From: Sphingomonadales bacterium | GTDB lineage: Bacteria > Pseudomonadota > Alphaproteobacteria > Sphingomonadales > G965227345 | DNA: 64,000 bases | Direction of reading: 5' to 3' | Assembly: GCA_965227345.1 (NCBI GenBank) | Contig: OZ245755.1 | Coordinates: forward strand, 286,527-350,526 | Part shown: positions 1 through 10,479 of the stretch, piece after piece | Layout of the letters: each line of letters begins with the position of its first letter | Position numbering within the stretch: position 1 is the stretch's first letter | Notes under the pieces: generated by a model | Databases searched by the model: none | What the model was told of the DNA's origin: nothing | Seen by the model: only the letters and a program-made list of their open reading frames with translations | Made by a program: the position numbers and the translations under genes

Positions 1-240
1 ACCTTTGATAATATCGCTGACGGCAGCTATCCAGTTTCCCGTTCACTGTATTTCTATGTGAAAAATGCGCACGTCGGTTCAGTGCCCGGTATCAAGGAAT
101 TTCTGTCGGAATTCTCAAGCGACAAGGCATGGGGCGACTTCGGATATCTTGCATCCAAGGGTCTTATCCCAATGCCAAAGGCTGAAAGAACTCAATTTGC
201 AACCGATGCAAAAAATCTGACACCCTTGACACTGAAATAA
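1..240 (+). CDS. pstS: Phosphate ABC transporter substrate-binding protein PstS, C-terminal fragment (5' end lies outside the window)
   Basis: Frame 1 is open from nt 1 to the TAA at 238-240. It translates TFDNIADGSYPVSRSLYFYVKNAH..., a PstS-family C-terminal pattern. It sits directly upstream of pstCAB. Confidence 0.8.
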   Translation, partial: TFDNIADGSYPVSRSLYFYVKNAHVGSVPGIKEFLSEFSSDKAWGDFGYLASKGLIPMPKAERTQFATDAKNLTPLTLK

Positions 241-316
241 TTCGAAAAATGGACGGGGTGGCAAAGCTGGCTTTGTCACCCTCCTTTTCAATCCCTGTTG
301 AAATGGCTTGAAACCG

Positions 317-1699
317 ATGTCGCTTCCCTTAATGATCCTTGTTCTCACGCTTTTGACGATCGTCGGCTATTATCTGGGCCAGAAACGGTCACTGAGCCTC
401 GTCAACGGCAATATCAAAGATCTGCATTCCCTTCCTGGCCACTATGGCTGGTACGTGGCTTTAAGCTTCTTCTTGCCCGGCCTTCTTGTTCTGCTTTTGT
501 GGATTGCCTTTAACCCGGTCATTATCGACAGTGTTATCATCTCTGCCCTTAAAGACGCGGCACCCGAGCTGTCGAAGGATTCAATCAGCCTGCTGATGAA
601 CGACGTGCACAATATGGCAGCCGGTGACGCTTTAAGCCGTACAGCTGATCCTCTAATGGTGAGATTAACAGAACAGTATCAGCATCTGAGAACTCAAGGA
701 TTTATGGCCACCTGCATTCTGGCAGTGGGCGCTGGAATTCTGGTGTCACTTTTGCAGCTAAAGGCCATATCACCGGACTATCGTGCACGAAACGGTGTCG
801 AGAAAATTGTTATCGCACTGCTGATAATGTGTTCAGTCATTGCAATTTTCACAACAGCCGGAATTGTTTTCTCGCTGCTGTTCGAAACATTGCGCTTTTT
901 CCAGAAAGTTCCCGTTACAGAATTTCTGTTTTCCGCCAACTGGAGCCCGCAGACAGCGTTACGCGCTGATCAGGTGGGAAGTTCCGGTGCCTTTGGCGCG
1001 GTACCGCTTTTTACAGGCACCCTGCTCATCACGCTGATTGCGATGTTCGTGGCCGTGCCGGTAGGTCTGATGTCAGCCATATATCTAACGCAATATGCAA
1101 ACAAATCCTTTCGGGCATGGGCAAAACCGTTACTTGAAATTCTTGCGGGTATTCCCACCGTCGTTTACGGGTTTTTCGCTGCTCTGGTTGTGGCACCCTT
1201 TATACGGGAAACCGGTGGCATTCTGGGCCTGGACGTGGCGTCCGAAAGTGCTCTGGCTGCCGGTCTGGTCATGGGTATCATGATTATTCCTTTCATGTCT
1301 TCCCTTTCCGATGATGCGATTACATCAGTCCCTGCTGCCATGCGCGACGGTTCCTATGCCTTGGGGGCCACACCTTCGGAAACGATTGTAAAGGTGCTTC
1401 TTCCTGCCGCATTGCCCGGCATTGTCGGGGCATTCCTTCTGGCCGTTTCACGCGCAATCGGCGAAACCATGATTGTCGTTATGGCCGCAGGGCTTGCTGC
1501 CAATCTGACAGCAAATCCTCTGGACGCCGTTACAACCGTAACCGCCCAAATTGTATCGCTTCTTGTAGGTGATCAGGAATTCGACAGTGCCAAAACCCTG
1601 TCCGCCTTTGCGCTGGGACTGGTTCTTTTCACCATCACACTCATTCTCAATGTTGTCGCCTTGCGGGTCGTCAGAAAGTATCGGGAAACCTATGAGTAA
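317..1699 (+). CDS. pstC: Phosphate ABC transporter permease PstC (long form)
   Basis: Multi-TM protein with the permease EAA-like region (SRAIGETMIVVMAAG). Position in the pst operon supports the call. Start taken at ATG 317; the in-frame TTG at 308 is an alternative. Confidence 0.9.
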   Translation: MSLPLMILVLTLLTIVGYYLGQKRSLSLVNGNIKDLHSLPGHYGWYVALSFFLPGLLVLLLWIAFNPVIIDSVIISALKDAAPELSKDSISLLMNDVHNMAAGDALSRTADPLMVRLTEQYQHLRTQGFMATCILAVGAGILVSLLQLKAISPDYRARNGVEKIVIALLIMCSVIAIFTTAGIVFSLLFETLRFFQKVPVTEFLFSANWSPQTALRADQVGSSGAFGAVPLFTGTLLITLIAMFVAVPVGLMSAIYLTQYANKSFRAWAKPLLEILAGIPTVVYGFFAALVVAPFIRETGGILGLDVASESALAAGLVMGIMIIPFMSSLSDDAITSVPAAMRDGSYALGATPSETIVKVLLPAALPGIVGAFLLAVSRAIGETMIVVMAAGLAANLTANPLDAVTTVTAQIVSLLVGDQEFDSAKTLSAFALGLVLFTITLILNVVALRVVRKYRETYE

Positions 1700-3011
1700 T
1701 ACCTCAAACAACACGAAGTCCAATCGCTGGCATTCCGAAGAAATGAATGACAGAATCCGTCGGCGCTATGCGGCAGAAAGACGCTTCAAAATCTATGGCA
1801 TAACAGCCGTTCTGATTTCTCTCCTCGCCTTGCTCACATTGATGACGACAATTATTGCAACCGGTTACGGCGGCTTTATGCAATCGCAAATCAAGGTCGA
1901 GGTCTATTTTGACCCTGCCAAATTCGGTAATCTGGCGGAAATGTCTGAAGCTGACCGGGATCAGGCGATTGCTTCAGCTGATTATGCGGCCCTGATACGT
2001 GAATCGCTGATGGTCCGGTTCCCCGAAGTGTCATCAAGGCGCGAGGTTATGTCGCTTTCCCAGCTGATCAGCCCCGGGGCCAATCAGCAGCTTCGTGATA
2101 TTGTCACAAATGATCCCGACATGTTGGGACAGAGAAAATCCATATGGCTTATATCATCGGATGATGCTGATACTTTCATTAAGGGAAATGTGTCTCGTGA
2201 TGCTCCCGAAAGCCAGCGCCGGATAAAAGATAACGAAATTTCATGGCTTGATGCACTGGAAGCAGATGGCAATGTCAAGACAACATTCAACTGGCATTTT
2301 CTGACCTCTGGCGATTCCCGCGAACCGGAGATTGCCGGCATCTGGGGTGCGACCATGGGGTCCCTGTTCACCCTGATTGTTACCTTGTCTGTTGCTTTCC
2401 CGGTCGGTGTATGTGCTGCTGTTTATCTGGAAGAGTTCGCACCACAGAACCGATGGACTGACCTTATCGAGGTCAACATCAATAATCTGGCGGCTGTACC
2501 ATCAATTGTGTTTGGTCTTTTGGGGTTGGCATTGTTTCTTAATGTGATGCATTTACCAAGGTCGGCCCCGCTTGTAGGGGGTCTGACCCTGGCATTGATG
2601 ACCCTACCAACGATTATCATCTCGTCGCGTGCGGCTATTAAGGCGGTACCCAATTCCATTCGCCAGGCAGGGGTTGGTCTGGGAGCTTCCCCTGTGCAAG
2701 TGGTGGCACATCATGTACTGCCGCAGGCAATGCCCGGCATCCTGACCGGCACCATTATCGGCATGGCTCAGGCGCTTGGTGAAACGGCACCGCTCCTGAT
2801 GATTGGCATGGTTGCATTTGTGGTGGATGTGCCGGGTAGCATCTCGGATGCAGCAACAGTTTTACCCGTTCAGATATTTTTGTGGGCAGATAGTCCGGAA
2901 CGGGCCTTTGTAGAAAAGACTTCAGCAGCTATTATGGTTCTGTTGGCTTTTCTGGTCCTTATGAATGCGGCAGCTATCTGGTTGCGGCAAAAATTTGAAG
3001 GTCGCAGGTAG
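1692..3011 (+). CDS. pstA: Phosphate ABC transporter permease PstA
   Basis: ATG at 1692 overlaps the pstC stop (ATGAGTAA). The C-terminal permease core carries [14 protein letters not shown]. The ORF-track extension back to 1569 lies inside pstC and is unlikely to be coding. Confidence 0.9.
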   Translation: MSNTSNNTKSNRWHSEEMNDRIRRRYAAERRFKIYGITAVLISLLALLTLMTTIIATGYGGFMQSQIKVEVYFDPAKFGNLAEMSEADRDQAIASADYAALIRESLMVRFPEVSSRREVMSLSQLISPGANQQLRDIVTNDPDMLGQRKSIWLISSDDADTFIKGNVSRDAPESQRRIKDNEISWLDALEADGNVKTTFNWHFLTSGDSREPEIAGIWGATMGSLFTLIVTLSVAFPVGVCAAVYLEEFAPQNRWTDLIEVNINNLAAVPSIVFGLLGLALFLNVMHLPRSAPLVGGLTLALMTLPTIIISSRAAIKAVPNSIRQAGVGLGASPVQVVAHHVLPQAMPGILTGTIIGMAQALGETAPLLMIGMVAFVVDVPGSISDAATVLPVQIFLWADSPERAFVEKTSAAIMVLLAFLVLMNAAAIWLRQKFEGRR

Positions 3012-3012
3012 T

Positions 3013-3828
3013 ATGGAAATGACTTATATGAATGCAGAAAAAGAAAGCGAAATCGTTGAGCAACCGGTTTCCCGCCCCAAAATGTCCGCATCCAATGTCG
3101 ACGTATTTTATGGCAGCACGCAGGCGATCAACAACGTAAACCTCGACATTTTCAAGGATGAGGTAACGGCGTTGATCGGCCCGTCAGGTTGCGGAAAGTC
3201 TACTTTCCTCCGCTGTCTGAACAGAATGAACGATACCATTCCTATCTGTCGTGTCGAAGGAATTATCGAGCTGGACGGCGAAGATATCTATAGCAAGAAA
3301 ATAGATCCAGTGAATCTTCGGGCCCGCGTCGGTATGGTCTTTCAGAAGCCAAACCCGTTTCCAAAGTCAATATATGACAATATTGCCTACGGCCCGCGCA
3401 TTCATGGTCTTGCGACGAAAGGCGATGATCTGGACGAGATTGTATTCACCAGTCTTCAGCGCGCCGGATTATGGACAGAGGTAAAGGATCGTCTGGATAC
3501 ACCGGGCACAGCGCTGTCCGGTGGCCAGCAGCAACGCCTGTGTATTGCACGCGCAATTGCCGTCAGCCCTGAAGTTATTCTGATGGATGAGCCCTGCTCT
3601 GCTCTTGATCCCATCGCCACTGCCAGGGTTGAAGAGCTTATCGACGAACTGCGGGGCAGTTACGCCATTGTGATTGTAACTCATTCGATGCAGCAGGCCG
3701 CCCGCGTTTCGCAAAAAACGGCATTCTTCCATATGGGCTTGTTGATTGAACACGGAGCAACGGCTCAGGTTTTCACCAACCCGGTCGAAGAAAAAACCAA
3801 AGATTATATTACCGGACGCTTCGGTTAG
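3013..3828 (+). CDS. pstB: Phosphate ABC transporter ATP-binding protein PstB
   Basis: Walker [13 protein letters not shown] signature LSGGQQQR and Walker B ILMDEP. Start ATG is 2 nt after the pstA stop. Confidence 0.95.
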   Translation: MEMTYMNAEKESEIVEQPVSRPKMSASNVDVFYGSTQAINNVNLDIFKDEVTALIGPSGCGKSTFLRCLNRMNDTIPICRVEGIIELDGEDIYSKKIDPVNLRARVGMVFQKPNPFPKSIYDNIAYGPRIHGLATKGDDLDEIVFTSLQRAGLWTEVKDRLDTPGTALSGGQQQRLCIARAIAVSPEVILMDEPCSALDPIATARVEELIDELRGSYAIVIVTHSMQQAARVSQKTAFFHMGLLIEHGATAQVFTNPVEEKTKDYITGRFG

Positions 3829-3838
3829 GAAAATTGGC

Positions 3839-4558
3839 ATGACTCAAGAACATATCGTTAAATCATACGACGCCGAAATCAATCGCCTCCGTTCGATGAT
3901 ATCTGAAATGGGGGGGCTGGCCGAAGCGCAGATCACCGATGCGATCAAGGCTTTACAGCAACGCGACAGTGAACTGGCAGAAAAAGTCATTGCCGCCGAC
4001 AAGAAGCTGGACAAATTTGAAGCTGATGTCGAAAAAATGACTATTCAGATGATCGCCCTGCGCGCGCCCATTGCTAACGATTTGCGCGAGATATTTTCTG
4101 CACTCAAGATATCATCCATGCTGGAACGTATTGGTGACTATGCCAAGAATGTGGCGAAAAGATCTCTTGTTCTCGCAAAGTCAGAAGCGGTAAAACCGGC
4201 CGTAATCGTCCCGCAGATGACCCTGCTGATCCGGGAAATGCTTAAAGATGTTCTGGACGCCTATATTGACCGGGATAGTGAAAAGGCCCTTGCTGTCTGG
4301 CAAAGAGACAAGGCAGTAGATGACCTTTATAACAGCCTTTTCCGTGAATTGCTGACCTATATGATGGAAAATCCCAAGCTGATTACACCATCGGCGCATC
4401 TCTTGTTTATTGCCAAAAATATTGAACGGATTGGCGACCACACAACCAATATCGCGGAAATTGTCTATTTTCTGGTTGAAGGTGAAGTTCTGGAAGAAAG
4501 CCGCCCGAAAAGCGACAATACCAGCTACGCGGATATTGCTCATCCTAACGGAGCATAG
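3839..4558 (+). CDS. phoU: Phosphate signalling complex protein PhoU
   Basis: Two PhoU repeats with ERIGDYAKN and ERIGDHTTN motifs. Follows pstB. Confidence 0.95.
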   Translation: MTQEHIVKSYDAEINRLRSMISEMGGLAEAQITDAIKALQQRDSELAEKVIAADKKLDKFEADVEKMTIQMIALRAPIANDLREIFSALKISSMLERIGDYAKNVAKRSLVLAKSEAVKPAVIVPQMTLLIREMLKDVLDAYIDRDSEKALAVWQRDKAVDDLYNSLFRELLTYMMENPKLITPSAHLLFIAKNIERIGDHTTNIAEIVYFLVEGEVLEESRPKSDNTSYADIAHPNGA

Positions 4559-4645
4559 ATATACTGTCTCTGCACAGCTTAAGATTGTCGATGATGAATT
4601 AGCGTCACATCACAAACATGGTGTGGCGAGATCATGGAGAAGATC

Positions 4646-5356
4646 ATGAAACCCAGAATTCTGCTCGTTGAAGACGACCAGAGCCTGACCGAGCTGATAA
4701 AATACAACCTTCAAAGTGCCGGTTTTGAAACAAATTGCGTTGAAGATGGCGAAGAAGGTCTGATGCAGGCGCAGGAAATGCCGCCAGACCTTATTCTTCT
4801 CGACTGGATGCTGCCAAACCTCTCCGGCATTGAAATTTGTCGCCGTCTGCGGCGCATGCCTGAAACGTCACATGTCCCTATCATTATGCTGACCGCACGC
4901 GCAGAAGAATCCGATAGAATCCGCGGTTTGGATACAGGCGCTGACGATTATATTACCAAGCCCTTCTCACCGCGCGAACTGATTGCCAGAATTCACGCTA
5001 TCCTGCGCAGAATTCGCCCTGCACTGAGTGGCGAAGTTCTGACTTTTGGGGATGTAATACTGGATTGTACGTCACACAAGACAACACGGTGCGGCGAGAT
5101 GATTCATCTGGGGCCGACGGAATTCAGGTTGCTTCGGCATTTTATGGAAAATCCTGGTCGTGTTTTTTCTCGCGAACAGCTTCTTGATGCGGTTTGGGGG
5201 CATGATGTTTACGTGGAATTGCGTACTGTAGATGTCCATATCCGACGCCTGCGCAAGGCCCTGAACATTGAAGGCACAACAGATCTGATTCGCACGGTGA
5301 GAGCGGCGGGCTATTCACTCGACCAGATGCCGGCAAAGACTGCATCATCCGCTTGA
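4646..5356 (+). CDS. phoB: Phosphate regulon response regulator PhoB (OmpR family)
   Basis: Receiver domain (ILLVEDD ... DLILLDWMLP ... KPF) plus a winged-helix output domain (TVDVHIRRLRKAL). A GGAGA Shine-Dalgarno at 4636-4640 favours ATG 4646 over ATG 4634. Confidence 0.9.
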   Translation: MKPRILLVEDDQSLTELIKYNLQSAGFETNCVEDGEEGLMQAQEMPPDLILLDWMLPNLSGIEICRRLRRMPETSHVPIIMLTARAEESDRIRGLDTGADDYITKPFSPRELIARIHAILRRIRPALSGEVLTFGDVILDCTSHKTTRCGEMIHLGPTEFRLLRHFMENPGRVFSREQLLDAVWGHDVYVELRTVDVHIRRLRKALNIEGTTDLIRTVRAAGYSLDQMPAKTASSA

Positions 5357-5363
5357 TTCCACT

Positions 5364-5393
5364 CGACCGGGCCATCGGTCGTCGGAATTTTTT
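5364..5393 (+). terminator. Possible weak intrinsic terminator after phoB
   Basis: CGACCG (5364-5369) pairs with CGGTCG (5376-5381) across a 6-nt loop. A T6 run follows at 5388-5393. The stem is short, so support is weak. Confidence 0.35.
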
Positions 5394-5749
5394 ACACAAG
5401 TTCCGTTCTCCCGATGGCCCCCTTCCCGATATGCATTATCACATGGCGGTTTTCCGCCCGTTATCAATCTGGTCCCAATTTTGCATAACAAACAGGGAAA
5501 GTTGCTGGTATGAGGTCAAATCGCTTATTTTGACCTGTGAAAGCTTCTGGTATACGAACAGTGAATTATATTATTTTGACGATAGACAGGATCCAAAGCA
5601 TTAAGTTGATGACGACGTATATATCTTGTGCTTTAATCAGTGAGTGTCACAGTATGTAGTTGTTTGCATATCTTGAAGTCAGGGCGTGAAAATCGAATTT
5701 GCAGTTAAAGCTGTAGTTTTGGTTTTTTTGGGAAGGGAAGACTCGAGAC

Positions 5750-6049
5750 ATGTCGGAAGACAAAAACAAGGACAATAATACCCTCAGAAAGTCAGACCGG
5801 CTTTCTATCCGAACATCCGTCTTCGTCTGGTTAGGCGGCGCGGTGCTTGGATGGGTTGTCGCGGTAATTGCAATTTATACACTATTACGCGCCCCCGAAA
5901 GCACAATTGCTGAAGCGCCAAAAGCCAATCCTGCGATTGAAGAAGCGCTGTCACGGCCCGATATCACCGACCCTGAAGCACTGTCAGAGATAGCGCCTGC
6001 TGCAGGCGGCAATGAGGACAGCCCTGTCACAATGCAGCCGGCAGAATAA
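5750..6049 (+). CDS. Hypothetical single-pass membrane protein (99 aa)
   Basis: A purine-rich Shine-Dalgarno (GGGAAGGGAAG) precedes the ATG. The protein has a basic N-terminus, one TM helix (VFVWLGGAVLGWVVAVIAIYTLL) and an acidic Pro/Ala-rich tail. No family recognised. Confidence 0.45.
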   Translation: MSEDKNKDNNTLRKSDRLSIRTSVFVWLGGAVLGWVVAVIAIYTLLRAPESTIAEAPKANPAIEEALSRPDITDPEALSEIAPAAGGNEDSPVTMQPAE

Positions 6050-6067
6050 ATTACCCGGCTGGTATAT

Positions 6068-6841
6068 CTATTGGACCAAACCTGATTTTTTCATCAGCAT
6101 GTGGACATAAATAACGGGAATAGCAAAAGATATTCCCGTTGGCTCCGCCAATGCCCGTTCCTTTGTTTCCTTGACAAAGGTGCTGTTGAGAATGGCTTCC
6201 ACCTGGCCGGTCGCAACATCATATAAAGGACTTCCGCTGTTTCCCGGGAAAGCGGTCAGGTCCAGCTGGTAAACATCAAACGGCTTGCGCATAATCATGT
6301 TCGAGTTCAACAGGCGCGAATCTATCTGTGGAATTCTAACGGGCGTAATGGCCGCTATAATGCCCTGATGCGTGACCGGATATACACCGAGTATATTCCC
6401 AATCGGAAAACCTGTGACGGCGATATAGCTTCCTTCCGGCAGCAAAGACCCTCCACCAAGCTTCAAGGCAGGTAATGGATCGCCTTTCATCTTCAAAAGC
6501 GCCAGATCATGAACCGGGTCCAGGGCAACAACTTCAGCGTCACGATCGCTATACTTTGCCCCCCTGCCGGTAATCACGACAAGCTTCTCCAGATCTGATC
6601 CTTCCATTCTTTTCGACAGGACATGATAGTTGGTGATGACGTGCAGCCCGTCATGAATAACGAACCCTGTGCCCATGATCTCGACGGGCGGGCGTCTGAT
6701 GGCCTCAAATGTGCCAATGCCCACGATACTTTTTTTTACCACCGCTACAGTAGAGGAAAGCTTCGCCGATTTGGCCGGCTGGACGGCCAAACAACAAACC
6801 ACAATTGTCAGCCATATTATCCTGCCGAATGTTTCGGCCAT
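6068..6841 (-). CDS. Secreted trypsin-like (S1/chymotrypsin-fold) serine protease
   Basis: Signal peptide (IIWLTIVVCCLAVQPAKSA). Triad context: His in VITNYHV, Asp in HDLALLK, Ser in GNSGSPL. Its ATG overlaps the stop of the upstream amidotransferase by 1 nt at 6841. Confidence 0.75.
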   Translation of the reverse strand: MAETFGRIIWLTIVVCCLAVQPAKSAKLSSTVAVVKKSIVGIGTFEAIRRPPVEIMGTGFVIHDGLHVITNYHVLSKRMEGSDLEKLVVITGRGAKYSDRDAEVVALDPVHDLALLKMKGDPLPALKLGGGSLLPEGSYIAVTGFPIGNILGVYPVTHQGIIAAITPVRIPQIDSRLLNSNMIMRKPFDVYQLDLTAFPGNSGSPLYDVATGQVEAILNSTFVKETKERALAEPTGISFAIPVIYVHMLMKKSGLVQ

Positions 6842-8742
6842 TAGCCGGTTCCTTTCTGCATGTGACGAAGTGACGATTCAAACATTAACAAGGCCCAAAG
6901 GGCTGAACTGTGATTCCATGAACCTGACTGATGTTCATCAACCAGAGTTTCAAGATAATCCATATTGAACAACCCCGTATCCGCCAGGACAGAACTGCTC
7001 ATTGCTGTTTTTATCTTGTCTTTCAATGGCCCGCGGAACCAGTCTTCAATGGGAACGGCAAATCCCATTTTGTCACGATACAGAATATTATCAGATAAAT
7101 GGCCCTGAAGCGACTTCTTGAATATATGCTTGCCTTCCCGTCCCTGCAAGCGCAGCTCTGATGGAATTTTTGTCGCCCATTCCAGAAAATGATGATCAAG
7201 GATAGGCACGCGCACTTCCAGCGAATGCGCCATGCTCGCCCGATCTACCTTGGTCAGGATGTCACCGGGCAGATAGGTTTTCATATCCGCATACTGAATA
7301 CGCGACAACTCGTCGTCCACCGGTGCATTGTCCATAACATTGCGCAATACCTCAACAGCATTATAGCCCTGAAGGTCACTTTTCATGGACGAGCTGAACA
7401 TACATTGCCGAAATGCTGTTGGCAAAATTGACACGCTATGGAAATAGGCTTCAGCGGGGTCCATTGCCAGCGCCTGAAACGTGGTTTTTGCCCGAAGAAA
7501 TTTGGGGGCCCAGTCAAGCTTTGGATAATGTCTGCCCAGAAACCCGAACACCGGTCCGCGCAAGCCTTGCGGCAAAATATCGCGAATACGCTGCTCATAA
7601 GCGTGCCAGCGATGGCGCCGATATCCGGCAAATGCCTCGTCACCCCCGTCCCCCGACAGGGAAACAATGACCTGCTCTCTTGCAAGCTGGCAAACCCTGT
7701 AAGTTGGCATCGCCGAGCTGTCGGCAAAGGGTTCATCATACATGGCCGCCAATTGATCAATCAGGTCAAAATCATCCGGATCAACCTGGCGGGTGTGATG
7801 GTTTGTCTTGTACTGTTTGGCGACCTCTTCCGCATAGCTGGTCTCATCATAATTCGGACGATCAAATCCGATGGAATAGGTATTGATCGGATCCGGGGAC
7901 AGGCCTGCCATCAGCGCAACAATTGAACTTGAATCAACGCCACCTGACAGGAATGCCCCTAATGGCACATCGGCAACCATGCGGATACGCACCGCTTCGC
8001 GCAGCCGCTCGATCAGTTCTTCACAGATATCAGCCTCTGAAAGCCCGATATGATGACGGAAGGATATGTCCCAGTATTCATGAGGACTGGCCGGAGCCGC
8101 ACCATGTTTTTGTTCCAGTGCATGGCCGGGAGACAATTTGAATATGCCCTTGTAGATGCACTTGGGATCTGGAATATAGCCGTAGGCAAAATAGTCTTCG
8201 ACAGCCCGCGGGTCCAGCTCTCTCGGCAGATCAGGGTGCAACAGCAGCGTTTTCAGTTCCGACCCGAAGATCAGGGTGCCGTCCTTCAGAAAAGAATAAT
8301 AAAGCGGCTTGATACCCAGTCTGTCACGCGCCAGAAACAGGGTCTCCCGTTCTGTATCCCAAATAGCAAAAGCGAACATGCCACGGAACTGATGGACACA
8401 TTCCCTGCCCCATTCAGACCAGGCATTCACAATCACTTCCGTGTCACAATGAGTGTGAAATTTGTAACCGCGTTCGATCAGGTCCTGCCGCAAGCTCTGA
8501 AAATTATAAATTTCACCATTATAGACAACCACAACGGTTTTGCTCTCGTTGAACAGCGGCTGCTGGCCGCTCTTCAGATCGATAATGGACAGCCGCCGAT
8601 GCCCCAATCCAATACCCGGTGCGGTATACAGACCACTTTCATCCGGTCCCCGGTGCGTTTGCGCGTCATTCATCCGCCCCAGTAAATTACGGTCGATTTC
8701 CGCTTTGCCGTGAATATCAAAAATACCAACCAGTCCACACAT
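6841..8742 (-). CDS. Asparagine synthetase B-type, glutamine-hydrolysing amidotransferase (XrtA/PEP-CTERM-system type)
   Basis: N-terminal MCGLVGIF (Ntn nucleophile Cys2 present) and the PP-loop SGGVDSS. 633 aa. Lies next to xrtA. Confidence 0.9.
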   Translation of the reverse strand: MCGLVGIFDIHGKAEIDRNLLGRMNDAQTHRGPDESGLYTAPGIGLGHRRLSIIDLKSGQQPLFNESKTVVVVYNGEIYNFQSLRQDLIERGYKFHTHCDTEVIVNAWSEWGRECVHQFRGMFAFAIWDTERETLFLARDRLGIKPLYYSFLKDGTLIFGSELKTLLLHPDLPRELDPRAVEDYFAYGYIPDPKCIYKGIFKLSPGHALEQKHGAAPASPHEYWDISFRHHIGLSEADICEELIERLREAVRIRMVADVPLGAFLSGGVDSSSIVALMAGLSPDPINTYSIGFDRPNYDETSYAEEVAKQYKTNHHTRQVDPDDFDLIDQLAAMYDEPFADSSAMPTYRVCQLAREQVIVSLSGDGGDEAFAGYRRHRWHAYEQRIRDILPQGLRGPVFGFLGRHYPKLDWAPKFLRAKTTFQALAMDPAEAYFHSVSILPTAFRQCMFSSSMKSDLQGYNAVEVLRNVMDNAPVDDELSRIQYADMKTYLPGDILTKVDRASMAHSLEVRVPILDHHFLEWATKIPSELRLQGREGKHIFKKSLQGHLSDNILYRDKMGFAVPIEDWFRGPLKDKIKTAMSSSVLADTGLFNMDYLETLVDEHQSGSWNHSSALWALLMFESSLRHMQKGTG

Positions 8743-8792
8743 AGATACACACCTTTTTTCTGGCAGAAACCTCGTTCGACCAGAAGATTTAT

Positions 8793-10421
8793 TTAGTAAT
8801 TACGTTCCACCAGAAGGCTGGAAAGGCCCGGCTGAATGGGTTCAAGATGATTCAGAAAATCCTGCAGAACTGCATCCTTGTGGTCATTAAGGGCAATGTC
8901 TCCAACGGAAATGGCAATTACCGCACCGTCCTGCGGCCCCCCAAGCAATTTGGCCTGAGAAGTCAGGAGTTTTTCCTTAAACTTGTTGGCCGTAAACCTG
9001 TCATTGACCCAATACCAGTACCAGATACGTCGCTGATCATACCGGGCCACGGCCGTAACCGCCTGTACTTTCATTTTTTTGCCGTCAACATCCGCTTCAA
9101 CTTCAGCAGATGAAGACCAGTCCCAGGGATCTGGGGCAATAACGGAATTTCCAAATTGAACAAGTTCCGCTTGGGTACGCTGATATTTATAATATCCCAG
9201 ATACAAACTGATCGTTGCACCATCGTCACGGCTGTAATGCTGTACGATCTCTGCATCTACGCCCCTGAATTCAGGCTTCCATTCGTATCTGCTTATCACT
9301 TCGTCAACTTTGTGCCAGGGTCCGGAAACATCCGGGGCCGACAGTTGCGCCACGGGTCCAACTGGCACGCGTTGATCAATGTAGGCTGCGTAACTTGATC
9401 CGATATTGGCAGCCAGAACAGCCAGCGCTGCAATTGCGACCAGGGAAAATGTGGATGTACCGGAAGACCGGGTTGACAGCCGGTCAGGGTCGACAACCGA
9501 TGACCCAACAGGACGGTCCATAAATGACATGCCAATGGACAGGAACAGGAGGGTGACAAAGGCAAAGAATATCCAGCCGTAAATCAGATGATCAACACCC
9601 AAAGCATATTCATTATCTGTCAGATAGGCGATCATGATAATGCCATAGGCACGAAAACCGTTCGATACAATCGGAACAATAACCGAAAGCAGAATAACGA
9701 TGGCCCGGCGGCGCCAGCTAATAAATGCAATATTTGCAAACAGGACCCCCAGCGTAATCGACGCAATCAGGAACCGGACACCCGAACAGGCTTCAGCCAC
9801 ATGGAAGTCACCATTGGGTACAGAGATAAACACGCCGTCGCTATAAACGGCCAATCCGCTAACCTGTAACAACCAGACCGTCATAACGGCTGTAATATCC
9901 TGCATTTTCGGCACAAGAAAATCGCCAAAAGGCACGGCAAAAAGCAGAAAGAAGATCGGGAAAATCATCACCCGGGCAAAGGCCATGCCAAAGACCGTCA
10001 GAACACTGGCCTGCAACATGAACGCCAGACTGAACTGCTTGATCACCGACGCCTCGGCCACACTGCCAAAAAGCCAGAGAAGACTGGCCAGCCCCATACA
10101 CAACAGGCCCCAGTATGAAGGCGCAGGTAGCAATCGGGCAAAAACTTCCCGCCGTTCCCAGACCAGATATGCGATGATTGGCAGAATAAGAAAACAGTGA
10201 TTGAATGTCGCTGATTCCCACCATGTGACGACAATCGCCTCTACCGTGGGCCAGAAGGACATGACAAGGGCGGTAACAGTTAGCAACCAGATGGCACCGG
10301 CACGCAACCAGTATTCACGGTGATAGGCTGACATGGTTGCACCCTGGGAAGTTTTCACTTCAGTGTCCGTCTGTTCAGTACTGTTCTTGTCATTTATCAT
10401 GTTAGCAGACATTTCCGGCAT
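8793..10421 (-). CDS. xrtA: Exosortase A (XrtA) fused to a C-terminal EpsI-like domain
   Basis: Polytopic N-terminal part with exosortase motifs: Cys in AEACSGVRF (codon 9786-9788), NGFRAYG and a His in GVDHLIYGW. A roughly 200-aa soluble C-terminal domain follows a final TM helix. The exact start codon is uncertain. Confidence 0.85.
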   Translation of the reverse strand: MPEMSANMINDKNSTEQTDTEVKTSQGATMSAYHREYWLRAGAIWLLTVTALVMSFWPTVEAIVVTWWESATFNHCFLILPIIAYLVWERREVFARLLPAPSYWGLLCMGLASLLWLFGSVAEASVIKQFSLAFMLQASVLTVFGMAFARVMIFPIFFLLFAVPFGDFLVPKMQDITAVMTVWLLQVSGLAVYSDGVFISVPNGDFHVAEACSGVRFLIASITLGVLFANIAFISWRRRAIVILLSVIVPIVSNGFRAYGIIMIAYLTDNEYALGVDHLIYGWIFFAFVTLLFLSIGMSFMDRPVGSSVVDPDRLSTRSSGTSTFSLVAIAALAVLAANIGSSYAAYIDQRVPVGPVAQLSAPDVSGPWHKVDEVISRYEWKPEFRGVDAEIVQHYSRDDGATISLYLGYYKYQRTQAELVQFGNSVIAPDPWDWSSSAEVEADVDGKKMKVQAVTAVARYDQRRIWYWYWVNDRFTANKFKEKLLTSQAKLLGGPQDGAVIAISVGDIALNDHKDAVLQDFLNHLEPIQPGLSSLLVERNY

Positions 10422-10479
10422 ACATTCAACAGGTTTCAGGTGAACCGCAAGCCTTCGCTCGTTTCACGCTATTACTCTT

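Noticed and set aside
5353-5604. An 83-aa ORF in the phoB-downstream intergenic region, plus an 8-bp perfect hairpin or palindrome AGGTCAAA-N8-TTTGACCT at 5513-5536.
   Set aside because: The ORF has no Shine-Dalgarno and no recognisable fold, and it starts inside the phoB terminator region. The hairpin has no U-tract and no adjacent gene start, so I cannot assign it a function.
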